Below the pieces are notes generated by a model. It saw only the letters and a list, made by a program, of their open reading frames with translations. It did no database searches and was not told the origin of the DNA. Shown piece after piece: positions 46,539 to 55,054 of a stretch of DNA of 64,000 nt (position 1 is its first letter; each line of letters begins with the position of its first letter). The stretch is from a virus: the IMG/VR virus record IMGVR_UViG_3300036831_000050, positions 1-64,000 of that record; one strand, written 5' to 3'. A program made the translations under genes and the position numbers.

Positions 46539-47594
46539 TCAGACGCCGAGCAGCTTGCGGAGCTGCCGGTTCAGCACCTCCATGCGGGTCTCGACATCGC
46601 CAACCTCGCTCTTGAGCGCGCCCTGGTACTCGCCCAGCTTGCGCTTGAGCTGGTCCAGCTTCCCGTAGTGGTGCTTCATGACATCTTCGCGGACGCCCCG
46701 CTTACGGGCATCGCCGGAAGTGTCGTTGGGGTTGACTGGCCGGAGCAGGTCAGCGACGGTGGCGATCTCCTCCTCAAGCTCCTCCATGATCGTGGTCATG
46801 AACGACCTACGAATCAACTCACGCTCGCTGGCACCGTCTGCCATCGGAGCGTAGTAGAGGAACGCCCGACCTTCGGGCTTGTAGAGGCTGTTCAGGAACT
46901 CGGCCAGCGCGTCCAGCGTCCTGCGGTGGCGCTCCAGCACGAAGTAGATCGACTGACGCGGCCCACCGATGGGAGTGCCGCTGAGGCCGACCTGATTGCC
47001 GTACGTCTTGCCGGTCTTCTCATCGACGCGGCCCTCATCGTGCACGTTGACGATGTAGTCACGGACCATCTCCCTGACCTTGGCGCCAGTGATGCGCTTG
47101 GCGTTCTGGTCAACGCGGGTCTGGATGCTGTCCATGATGGCCACGACCGTGGGCCGGTTGGCACCTTCGAGCGCCTTGAAGCCGACGGTCTCGCTGGCCT
47201 TGGAAAACCAGACCTTGACGGCGCCGGAGTACAGGACACGCTCGTCGGAGGTGTCACGCTCAACACGTGTCACCTGATAGATCACGTCCTCGTTGTTCTC
47301 CAGCACCAGCCGAATGTCGGTCTCGACCTTCGTGCCAGTCTTGTCATCGACGTACGTCCCGGCCTTCTCCTCGTCCCGTACGGCGCGCTTGAACGCATCG
47401 ACGGCGCGGGGATCGCGGGGAAGCGGCTGTGGGTCCAGACCTGCCATGCCCCAGCGCCGGATGACCCGGCTCAGAGACACGTCCTCCATGGGGACGCTGG
47501 ACCACACGATGTAGCCCAGCGGCTTGACCTTGGAGTCCTTCGACACGGCGACCATGCCCTTCAGGACATCGGGGGTGGTCATTGTTGCGGACAT
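46539..47594 (-). CDS. Hypothetical protein of the type accompanying phage MoxR-vWA modules (DUF6744-like)
   Basis: 'GYIVWSSV...GLD...LP...AVDAFKRA' and 'YFV' motifs; family name recalled, not searched. Confidence 0.5.
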   Translation of the reverse strand: MSATMTTPDVLKGMVAVSKDSKVKPLGYIVWSSVPMEDVSLSRVIRRWGMAGLDPQPLPRDPRAVDAFKRAVRDEEKAGTYVDDKTGTKVETDIRLVLENNEDVIYQVTRVERDTSDERVLYSGAVKVWFSKASETVGFKALEGANRPTVVAIMDSIQTRVDQNAKRITGAKVREMVRDYIVNVHDEGRVDEKTGKTYGNQVGLSGTPIGGPRQSIYFVLERHRRTLDALAEFLNSLYKPEGRAFLYYAPMADGASERELIRRSFMTTIMEELEEEIATVADLLRPVNPNDTSGDARKRGVREDVMKHHYGKLDQLKRKLGEYQGALKSEVGDVETRMEVLNRQLRKLLGV

Positions 47595-47635
47595 GTGGTC
47601 ACGCTCCTAACGGTGGGATTGCAGTTGGTCGGTTG

Positions 47636-49333
47636 TCATGTCAGGTGGACGGCCAGCTCGGCGGTGGCGTGGGACGGGTCGTTCAGCTCGAAGTCCTCGA
47701 CCCGGACCACGTAGTCGGAGTAGCCCTCCAAGTAGGGGAAGCGGCGCGAGTCGCGCCCGATGGCGATTCCGAAGATGCGCACACCCATCTCGTTGAGTCG
47801 GTTGCGCAGACGCTTGTCAGCGTCGCCGTACGGTGCGTCACCGTCACCGATGAGCACGATGTCGGCCTTCTTGAACTCGGGTGCGCGCTGCATGATGTCA
47901 GCGGCGCCCTTGACGGCCTGGTATGGCGCGGTGCCACCTCCGAAGAAGTGACTGGCCATGTCCACGATCTTCTGTGCGTCCATGGCCTCGCGCCCCTTGA
48001 ACTCGGTGACGAACACCTCGTCCATGTCCGCCCATTCGACACAGGCGAAGTCACGCTTCTCCAGCCGAGCGATGTGGAGTAGGCACATGCACACGGCCCG
48101 TGCCCAGATGTTGCGCTCGCCCTTCATGGAGTAGCTGGCGTCCGGCGCCACGATGATCGGCCCGCGTCCGGCGTGCTCCTCACCGACGGTGCTGAACTGA
48201 AGCAGCTCTTGGTCGCCGTACCGCTGGAGGAAGCCCAGCTCCAGATCGTCGTCTGCGAACTCGGACAGCTCGGAGCTTAGGACGCGATTCAAGTTGTCCC
48301 CAAACTCAACGTCAACGATCTCGTCGTTGCCGCCGACGATGCGCTTCGCACGCCGGAACCGAATGTCACGGTCCAGCCGACCGAACCGCTCGGCCATGGC
48401 GCGGAGCTGCGGGTTCTCGGCCCACATCTGGGCGATGGTCAGAGCTTGCTCGGGCGATTCGTAGACCGGCTCGCCCTTGCCTAGACCGCTGCCGAACTTC
48501 GGTACGTTGCTGGCCTGCTCGGCCGCCTCATGGGCAGCCTGGGCGGCCCGCTCGATGGCGGCGAGTGCCTGTGCGTCCATGGGACTGAAGTTGTCGGCCA
48601 CGTCGGCGGCCTGCTGCTGTAGGTCGGCCTGCTGCTGAGCGAGCTGGTCGATCTCCGCTGTCAGGTTCGCGGGCACCGGCTGTCCGGCGTCGGCAAGCTC
48701 CTGAGCGTGCCCCTGAGCCTGTCCGAGCTGGTCGATGGTGTCACGGACCTGCTGCTCAAGGTCGCTGTACTCCTGCGACTCTTGCGACTGCTCAAGCAGC
48801 TCGTCGGTCAGGATGCGGCGCAGTTCCTTGGCGAACGCCATGGTGGCGATGCCAGCCATGGAAGCGTCGTCCATGGTCGTGTTGCGAGCGGCTGAGTGCG
48901 AGTCGCTGGCGATCAGCTTCGGCATGATGCGCTTGTGCAGCTCGACGCGCGGGTCAACCGGCTCGATGATCTCGGGCCGGAAGTGAGCGTGGTAGCTGTA
49001 GAACACGTCCCGGCACAGCTCGGCCCATGCGTGGTAGGCCGGAGCGTTCTCGGTCGCGTCCTTGTGAGCCTTCATGGCCTCTTGGTACGCGATGAACTCT
49101 TCGGGCGTGGCGGCTGTCATGTCGATGGGGTCAGGCTCGGGCACTTCGCGGGGAATCTGCGGCGCCTCATCGACGGCGATGGCCCGGAATCGCGGGCTGT
49201 CATCGCGGAAGTTCTTGTACTGCATGCTGTCCATCGAATCGTGGGTCAGCACGCTGTCAGGCAACTGAAGTTCGGGCGTACCGATCTTGTTGCCGTTCTC
49301 GCCCAGCAGGTCAGTCAGTGAGATGACCGGCAT
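47636..49333 (-). CDS. vWA-domain protein (ViaA/CoxE-like)
   Basis: MIDAS 'GPIIVAPDASYSM', 'GGGT' and 'ADIVLIGDG'; directly downstream of the MoxR ATPase. Confidence 0.85.
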   Translation of the reverse strand: MPVISLTDLLGENGNKIGTPELQLPDSVLTHDSMDSMQYKNFRDDSPRFRAIAVDEAPQIPREVPEPDPIDMTAATPEEFIAYQEAMKAHKDATENAPAYHAWAELCRDVFYSYHAHFRPEIIEPVDPRVELHKRIMPKLIASDSHSAARNTTMDDASMAGIATMAFAKELRRILTDELLEQSQESQEYSDLEQQVRDTIDQLGQAQGHAQELADAGQPVPANLTAEIDQLAQQQADLQQQAADVADNFSPMDAQALAAIERAAQAAHEAAEQASNVPKFGSGLGKGEPVYESPEQALTIAQMWAENPQLRAMAERFGRLDRDIRFRRAKRIVGGNDEIVDVEFGDNLNRVLSSELSEFADDDLELGFLQRYGDQELLQFSTVGEEHAGRGPIIVAPDASYSMKGERNIWARAVCMCLLHIARLEKRDFACVEWADMDEVFVTEFKGREAMDAQKIVDMASHFFGGGTAPYQAVKGAADIMQRAPEFKKADIVLIGDGDAPYGDADKRLRNRLNEMGVRIFGIAIGRDSRRFPYLEGYSDYVVRVEDFELNDPSHATAELAVHLT

Positions 49334-49393
49334 GTTGTGCCTCCAGTGCCGCCGCGCCGATGTGCGCGGCGGCCGGTCGTCGGTGTCAGAGTC

Positions 49394-50629
49394 CTACTCG
49401 TCGTCATCATCGTCGTCGGTGCCGGACAGGTAGCCGACCACCCACTTGTGATAGCTCTTGATCTCGGCTACAACTTCGCGGGTGACAGACACGTCCTCGC
49501 CCTCGGCCTCGCCTTCGGTGATTTGGTCCTTGCCCTCGTCAAGCAGTTTCTTGAGCTGAGTGGCGAACTGCCACCCTTCGCCCATCTTGTCACGGCGCTC
49601 GGCCTCGTCCAGCTTGGCCGCGTCCTGCTCCAGCTTCGCCATCTCGGCCCGTACGGCCTCCATGGCCTCGCGCAGCCGCCTGGCCTTGCGAGTGAACTTG
49701 CTGGCGAGATCGGTCACGATGTCGCGAGCTGGCTTGTGGTGGTCAGGCAGACTCCACGCCATGTGCTCGGCAACGAGGAAGTCGTCCATGACCACGGTGT
49801 CACGGCCGCGCAGCCAAGCGCGAGACCGCATCGCCCGCCAGATGTCACGCTTGCGCCGCTGGGAGACCATGAAGCCAGCCTCCAAGCACTTCTGCTCCAG
49901 TTCGCCCATCTTCTCCAGCACCGGCTCGGGCACTGGGATGGCGCGGGCAGCGTCGCGGATCGTCTTGATGTCGTCCAGCGTGAGCGGTTCGAGATCAGTG
50001 GAGTCGATGCCGTCCACGTCATAGCCGAGCTGGATCAGTGACACCGACTTGCGTCCCTCCGGCGTCTGCACCGGCTGAACGACCTTGGTGATGGCGATTC
50101 GGTCGCGGAACGCCTGCAAGTCCTCGCGGTCAGGCAGCTCGTTCGATGACATCAGAATCGTGATGAGCTGCGAGCAGTCGATGACCTTACCGCCGATCTT
50201 CAGTTGGCGCTTAGCGAAGATGTCCAGCAGCGGGTTGAGCATCGGCGGCGACCCCTTGAAAATCTCGTCCAAGTAGGCCAGGTTCGCCTCGATGAGCGAG
50301 CCAGCGGTGATGCGGGCGGTCCGGCCTTCCTTCATGGCCATCACGTCCTTCTCGCCCAGCAGCTCGGACACGCTCTGGTCCTTCGCCAGGAGGTGCGTGA
50401 ACAGCTCGGCGGCGTCGATGCAGTAGTCGGTCAGCAGCTCGATGAGCCAGGTCTTGCCGACGCCTGGGTCGCCCAGGAAGAGCAGGTCGATACCTGAGAT
50501 GATCGCGATGGCCAGCAGCTCGATCTCCTCAGTTCGCTCGACGTTGTTCCGAGCGAGGAAGCCGGTCTTCGGGTTGAAGATGGCGTCGAACCGAGCGTGT
50601 AGCTGGCTCGTAACGGTGGTCGTGGTCAT
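49394..50629 (-). CDS. MoxR-family AAA+ ATPase (RavA-like)
   Basis: 'LFLGDPGVGKT', 'YLDEIFKGSPPMLNPLL', 'SSNELP', 'AFRDR' and 'SQRR'. Confidence 0.88.
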   Translation of the reverse strand: MTTTTVTSQLHARFDAIFNPKTGFLARNNVERTEEIELLAIAIISGIDLLFLGDPGVGKTWLIELLTDYCIDAAELFTHLLAKDQSVSELLGEKDVMAMKEGRTARITAGSLIEANLAYLDEIFKGSPPMLNPLLDIFAKRQLKIGGKVIDCSQLITILMSSNELPDREDLQAFRDRIAITKVVQPVQTPEGRKSVSLIQLGYDVDGIDSTDLEPLTLDDIKTIRDAARAIPVPEPVLEKMGELEQKCLEAGFMVSQRRKRDIWRAMRSRAWLRGRDTVVMDDFLVAEHMAWSLPDHHKPARDIVTDLASKFTRKARRLREAMEAVRAEMAKLEQDAAKLDEAERRDKMGEGWQFATQLKKLLDEGKDQITEGEAEGEDVSVTREVVAEIKSYHKWVVGYLSGTDDDDDDE

Positions 50630-50668
50630 GCGAGTCTCCAGTTCGCTAGTGGTTGACGGGAGTCAGAG

Positions 50669-50704
50669 TGTAGCACGGTGCCACAGGTGTGGCATCGCGC
50701 ATCA
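50669..50704. promoter_or_regulatory. Tandem 17-bp operator copies (TGTAGCA-CGG-TGCCACA; TGTGGCA-TCG-CGCATCA) overlapping a leftward extended -10
   Basis: Intergenic upstream of the MoxR gene. Confidence 0.65.
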
Positions 50705-50908
50705 GGTTGTGGCTCGTTCGATGTCGCTTGCAAGTCTCTGCATTGCTCGCGCAATCGCCTTCGCCAGGTTCGGTGGCGTGATTCGTGGTCCATCGAAGGA
50801 CACCATGGGTCCGGGCATGAATCTCGCGACCCGTGCCACGCGCTCGCCTTCGTCATCGAGCACGTGGTAGACGCCCTCGTACTGCTTACTGACGCGGTAG
50901 GTAATCAC
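50702..50908 (-). CDS. Small hypothetical protein
   Basis: GTGA-coupled start (VITYRVSKQ...). Confidence 0.45.
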   Translation of the reverse strand: MITYRVSKQYEGVYHVLDDEGERVARVARFMPGPMVSFDGPRITPPNLAKAIARAMQRLASDIERATT

Positions 50909-51627
50909 GGCACTGTCACCACCCCGCGAGCGGCCCACTCCTGAGCAAGCTCGGCCTCATGCTGGACCTGCTCGGCGCAGCTCTCGGCCATGGACGCGGC
51001 CTCGGCCTTGATGTAGCCCTCGTCGGGTTCGCCAATGAAGCCCCACACGGACTCCATGACTTCGCCGCCCTCACGGTCACGTATCACGATGCCGAACACG
51101 TAGCCCTGGAGCCACTGGTCCAGTTCGTTGACGCGAGCCTCGGCGTACTTGGTGGCGTCATCGACCGAGCCGTTCCACTCGTCATCGAGCTGCTTCTGTG
51201 TGAAGCAGATGGCACAGTTCGGGCCGTCCTCCATGACGTACAGGCGAGCACCAGTTGACCCGTAGTCCGAGAAGAACAGCGGGATGGTGAGCACGGCGTC
51301 GTAGTTGTGACGCATGTAGGTCGGCAGGTCGCACTCGATGTAGCCGTTGCCCTCGCAGTTCGGGCAGTTCTTCTCGATTGGGTGGTCGTCGGCATCGAGC
51401 ACTGGTTCGTCGTCCGACTCGACGGTGCCCTCACCCTCACAGTTCGGGCAGTCGATGGTCAGCTCCGGCTCGGAGATGCGTTCGTCGCCTTCCCACGTGC
51501 CGTCGTAGACCCACGAATAGATCGTGCCAGCGTTGTCGTTGTCCTGTGGGCTAGACACGGGATCGTCGTCGGGAACGATCTCGACCCACACACCAGCGTG
51601 TTCGTATGCCTCGGCAGGTTCGATCAT
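50905..51627 (-). CDS. Acidic protein with DnaJ-type Zn finger
   Basis: CPNCEGEG...CPNCEGNG; very D/E-rich. Confidence 0.65.
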   Translation of the reverse strand: MIEPAEAYEHAGVWVEIVPDDDPVSSPQDNDNAGTIYSWVYDGTWEGDERISEPELTIDCPNCEGEGTVESDDEPVLDADDHPIEKNCPNCEGNGYIECDLPTYMRHNYDAVLTIPLFFSDYGSTGARLYVMEDGPNCAICFTQKQLDDEWNGSVDDATKYAEARVNELDQWLQGYVFGIVIRDREGGEVMESVWGFIGEPDEGYIKAEAASMAESCAEQVQHEAELAQEWAARGVVTVP

Positions 51628-51628
51628 G

Positions 51629-52057
51629 TCAGCTCCTAATCAGGTAGTCGTCACCGTCGTAGGTGATGGTTGTGTAGTCCTGGCGCAGTTCGTCGGCCGC
51701 CGCCTCCCAGTCGATGTGATTGAACGGCCAGCGGTTCGTGTCGTCCGAGATGTAGCCGAGATCGGTGGCCAGCTCCTCCGCGTACTCCGCGAAGTCGTCC
51801 TCGGCAATGAGCGTGGGTTCGTGGTTGTTGGCGTGCCACTCCAGCGTGTCAGGTTCGGCCGGATCAAGGCCCAGCTCGCCGCATAGGCTCACGTACTTCT
51901 CGACGTACTCCTGCTGCTCGTCTTCGGCCAGGAACTTCTCCGTGGCCTCGGCAACCTCACCGTAGGACATGCCTTCGGTGTCGGGCACGCTGGACCCCAT
52001 CTCGGCAATGCGTTCGCGCCACTCTTCAGCGATCTCTCGCAGGTCCAGTACGTTCAT
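51629..52057 (-). CDS. ArdA-like acidic anti-restriction protein
   Basis: Highly acidic. 'FAEYAEEL...GY.......NHIDWEAAADELRQDY' resembles the ArdA C-terminal 'YIDYEA.ARDL' motif. Confidence 0.55.
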   Translation of the reverse strand: MNVLDLREIAEEWRERIAEMGSSVPDTEGMSYGEVAEATEKFLAEDEQQEYVEKYVSLCGELGLDPAEPDTLEWHANNHEPTLIAEDDFAEYAEELATDLGYISDDTNRWPFNHIDWEAAADELRQDYTTITYDGDDYLIRS

Positions 52058-53376
52058 GCTGTCACCTCCACGCCAGCGACGCCAGCGCCATAGGTCTCGG
52101 GAATGAGTCGGCGGTACAGGTAGGTTCGCAGGGCACGTGTCACCACATCGGCGGTGCCGTATCGCGCCTTCTCGCCACCCATGGTCCCTTCGTCTGGGTC
52201 CATGCCCAGGTGGATGAAGACGCCGGTATCGGAGTAGCCCGCTTCGCGCAGTGCGTTGACGAACATGCTCGGCACGTAGTACCGCTCGCGAATGTGCTGT
52301 TCGAGATGGTCAGTGCCGAACGCCTCAGCACGCGGTTCGTTGGGATCGCGCAGCGCGCAGCCCCAGCAATCGCCGCCACTGGGCAACTTGAGTCCGTTCG
52401 TAACCAGCTCGTTGACGGCATCGGCCACGAACTTGTTGATGCGCTTCTTCTTCTTCTCCAACTGGCGCTCGCGGCGAGCATTGCGCTCGATCTCTCGCCG
52501 GTTCGGACGCGGGGCATAGCCCTCGGCGTTGACTTCCATGCCATCGGTGAAGGGCACGCGGTTGCGTTCGTCCCACTCCCGGTAGAGCTTCCGCGCAGCC
52601 TTGACAGCTCGGAACTCCTCCAGATAGGCGTCCTGCCACGCTTCGCGGGTCTCGAACCGTTCGAGCATCGCTGTCATCTTCGCGTAGCCCTCGGTTCGGT
52701 TGCGACCCCAGCCGCCGCCGTTCATGGCCTCAGACCACGCGCGGTGCTGGCGCTCGAACAGCGCGCAGTGTGGGCATTGCTCCCACTTGTGTTCGTCGGC
52801 ATCGGGGAACGTGGTCTCCGGCCGTGGGGCGTGATAGTTGTACTGCTCTTCGCGCCAGGCGGTTGCCACGTGCACGACACGCCGGACCTTCGCGGAGAAG
52901 TACCCGTCGCAGTGTTCGAGCGTGATGTCATCGTCGCGATGCTCGCCCTCACGAATGAACACCTCGCGGGTCTCCGGTTCGCAGGTCTCGGTGCCAGCGA
53001 TGCAGCCCTCGGTGGGCTTGACAGGCTCAGGGCCAGGGTCGAGCGCGTGGAACGGCTTTGGGATCGTTCGCTGCGGCCAACGCTCCGGGCGTGGGTCGTC
53101 TGGGTCCGGCTCAGCGCGCACGTACCAGTCGCCGCGCTCGCTCACAATGTGGGGCGTGACGGCCGAGAGTCTGTCCTTCGTGGTCACAGTTCGCCAGCCG
53201 CCGCTATTGAGCGTGACGCGGCCGTCCCTGTGGAACGTCGCGATGTCTGTGGCGTGCAACCTCAGCGCGTAGGTGTCCTCGTCGCGCCGTTCGATGCGAG
53301 TGTTGTTGGCGTACGGCTTTGACCGCTTATCGCGGGCACTTGAGACAAGCTGTTCGCACTGTGCGAAATCGAGCAT
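52054..53376 (-). CDS. Hypothetical phage early protein
   Basis: Start MLDF after AGGAG; 'LHATDIA.F...G.VTLNSGGWRTVTTKDRL' phage motif. Confidence 0.65.
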   Translation of the reverse strand: MLDFAQCEQLVSSARDKRSKPYANNTRIERRDEDTYALRLHATDIATFHRDGRVTLNSGGWRTVTTKDRLSAVTPHIVSERGDWYVRAEPDPDDPRPERWPQRTIPKPFHALDPGPEPVKPTEGCIAGTETCEPETREVFIREGEHRDDDITLEHCDGYFSAKVRRVVHVATAWREEQYNYHAPRPETTFPDADEHKWEQCPHCALFERQHRAWSEAMNGGGWGRNRTEGYAKMTAMLERFETREAWQDAYLEEFRAVKAARKLYREWDERNRVPFTDGMEVNAEGYAPRPNRREIERNARRERQLEKKKKRINKFVADAVNELVTNGLKLPSGGDCWGCALRDPNEPRAEAFGTDHLEQHIRERYYVPSMFVNALREAGYSDTGVFIHLGMDPDEGTMGGEKARYGTADVVTRALRTYLYRRLIPETYGAGVAGVEVTA

Positions 53377-53398
53377 GATGGTCTCCTGTGTAGGTGGG

Positions 53399-53707
53399 TC
53401 AGTTGTCGTCCAGCGAGTACAGTCCGAACTCGCCGTCGTTCCAGCTCCAAGCGTGTCCTTCGAGCGGACGCTGTTCGTTGAGCCAGCTCTCTGCGTCGTC
53501 TGCGCAGTCCACCAGCCGCTCGAACTCGTCCACGTCCAGCGGGGGTTCGGTGCTCGGCCCCATGGCCGCGAGATGGCGCCGCGCGAGATCGCTCGCCTCG
53601 TCGTCCTCCCAGCCGAACTCGGCCGCAACTTGGACCGCACGCGCGAGCGCGTACTGGCCCCAATGGCCGTCCACGTAGCACCCAGGTTCGGGCTTAGCAT
53701 CGGTCAC
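53399..53707 (-). CDS. Acidic hypothetical protein
   Basis: GGAG RBS; D/E-rich, ends 'WNDGEFGL'. Confidence 0.6.
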   Translation of the reverse strand: MTDAKPEPGCYVDGHWGQYALARAVQVAAEFGWEDDEASDLARRHLAAMGPSTEPPLDVDEFERLVDCADDAESWLNEQRPLEGHAWSWNDGEFGLYSLDDN

Positions 53708-53850
53708 GACAGTTCTCCAGTTCGCTCGTAAGGTCGAGCGAGGTTGTAGGTGGGTTCTGGCGGGTTCGCGGGAAGTTCACCCGCGCGCAAGTCAAAGGTT
53801 AGGGCATGGCGCGAACCGCCGTACCCGACAGCTCGCGCCACAGTGCCCAA

Positions 53851-53937
53851 TCAGTCCTCGACGCGCGTGAGCAGTTCGTAGCCAGTGTCCTCAGGGACAC
53901 GGAACGCTTCGCGCAGCCGGTGCAACAGTCGGCGCAT
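53851..53937 (-). CDS. 28-aa peptide MRRLLHRLREAFRVPEDTGYELLTRVED
   Basis: Strong AGGAGG RBS upstream. Confidence 0.4.
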   Translation of the reverse strand: MRRLLHRLREAFRVPEDTGYELLTRVED

Positions 53938-53944
53938 TGCCAAC

Positions 53945-54300
53945 CTCCTGTGTAGAAGACTCCCGCGCGCAACAGCGCACGTATTCGCGCGGGCATTACT
54001 CACGGTGCGCCCGTGAGGGTTCGTGCAACATTCGACAGCACGTCGTCAGCAGCGGGCAGGAACCGCAGCTCGCTGTAAGCGGGGTCGTTGTTCGTGGCAG
54101 TGTGCCTCTGCCCTGTGGTTCGCTGGACTGGCGGAGCTTGCAGTGCGCAAGGACACCAGCAGCGCGTGACGCTCGCGGCGCCACTGTTCGCGGCGGTCTC
54201 ACACTGTTCGCCAAACAGTGCGAGTGTGCCGAGACCGTGTTCACGTCTGCGCGCGGCTGTTCGAGCACACGCGCACACGCGAGCACGGGGGATGGCCCCC
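53945..54300 (-). ncRNA. Candidate structured non-coding RNA or leader
   Basis: Several hairpins, no ORF with an RBS, repeated CGAAC(AG) units; strand inferred from flanking genes. Confidence 0.3.
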
Positions 54301-54304
54301 CTGC

Positions 54305-54622
54305 TCAGCTTGCGCCGAGCAGGGAAGCGATCTCCTCCGGGGTGATGACCGCGCCGATGGCCGCGCCGATGGCCGCGAGCGGGAGCGTTTGCTCCGAGCT
54401 GCCATCGCGCAGCACCAGCACGGGCACGCGGGTATTGTCGCGGCCGACCAGCCGCGCGCCGCGCGTGACATACGCGGCATCGGAAACCTCGGGCACGCTC
54501 GCGCGGGGTGCGCTCTTATCGACCAGCACGCGAGACTCGCGCCGCGCGGAGACCTTGAAGTCTGCGAGCGTGTCTGTCTTCGCGGCCGGAGCGGCCGGGG
54601 TGGTCGTTGTCTTACCGGGCAT
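54305..54622 (-). CDS. Hypothetical protein (first gene of the leftward unit)
   Basis: MPGKTTTT... preceded by GGAGGAG. Confidence 0.6.
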   Translation of the reverse strand: MPGKTTTTPAAPAAKTDTLADFKVSARRESRVLVDKSAPRASVPEVSDAAYVTRGARLVGRDNTRVPVLVLRDGSSEQTLPLAAIGAAIGAVITPEEIASLLGAS

Positions 54623-54669
54623 AACTCCTCCGATCTCACGCGGGAAGGTCCCGCGAGTGTTGACTCTGA

Positions 54670-54832
54670 CACTAGGTACAGTGCGCCGCCCCCTGAAAAG
54701 GTTACGGGCCAACTGGCGGCCGAGCGTAACCTTTTGCCCGCTTGGCCCACTGTACCTAGTGAAGGCGCCGAGCTGGCCCGCCACTGTGGCGGCCACACTA
54801 GGAACAGTGCTCAAGGCGCCGCAAAGGTTTCG
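54670..54832. repeat. Three copies of bipartite motif CACTAGG(T/A)ACAGTG-N12-(A/C)AAAGGTT(A/T)CG, middle copy inverted
   Basis: 54670-54706 (+), 54725-54761 (inverted) and 54796-54832 (+); spacer always 12 nt but unconserved. Confidence 0.85.
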
Positions 54833-55054
54833 GCCGCACATTGGCCGCGCCGCTCGCCCCACTCGCCCCACCCCGCCATGATTCGGCGGCCGTCCGCCAA
54901 TGTGCGGCCAACACTCTGCGAGATTGCGCGAGCGGCGCGGCGGCCGTGCGGCGCGGCGGGTAGTACAAACGTCCAGAGTCGTAACCTTCCAACTGAAGTT
55001 GGCCGATAATAGCCGCGAAGCGGCTACCGGCCGCCAAACGGAAGGGAAGACCAG

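Noticed and set aside
2528-53322. Long opposite-strand ORFs in the track (e.g. 2528-3508, 5302-6336, 9211-10230, 26088-27173, 46509-47714, 52210-53322)
   Set aside because: These are shadow frames of high-GC genes: no RBS, no motifs, and fully overlapping well-supported CDSs.
54670-54832. CRISPR-like mini-array
   Set aside because: The repeats are bipartite, one is inverted, and the internal spacers are only 12 bp. There is no regular direct repeat-spacer array and no cas operon.
11028-55000. Shared CAACTGAAGTT at ~11028, ~49262 and ~54990 as a regulatory motif
   Set aside because: There are only a few copies, one inside a CDS, and the core CTGAAG/CTTCAG is inflated by CTGCAG avoidance.
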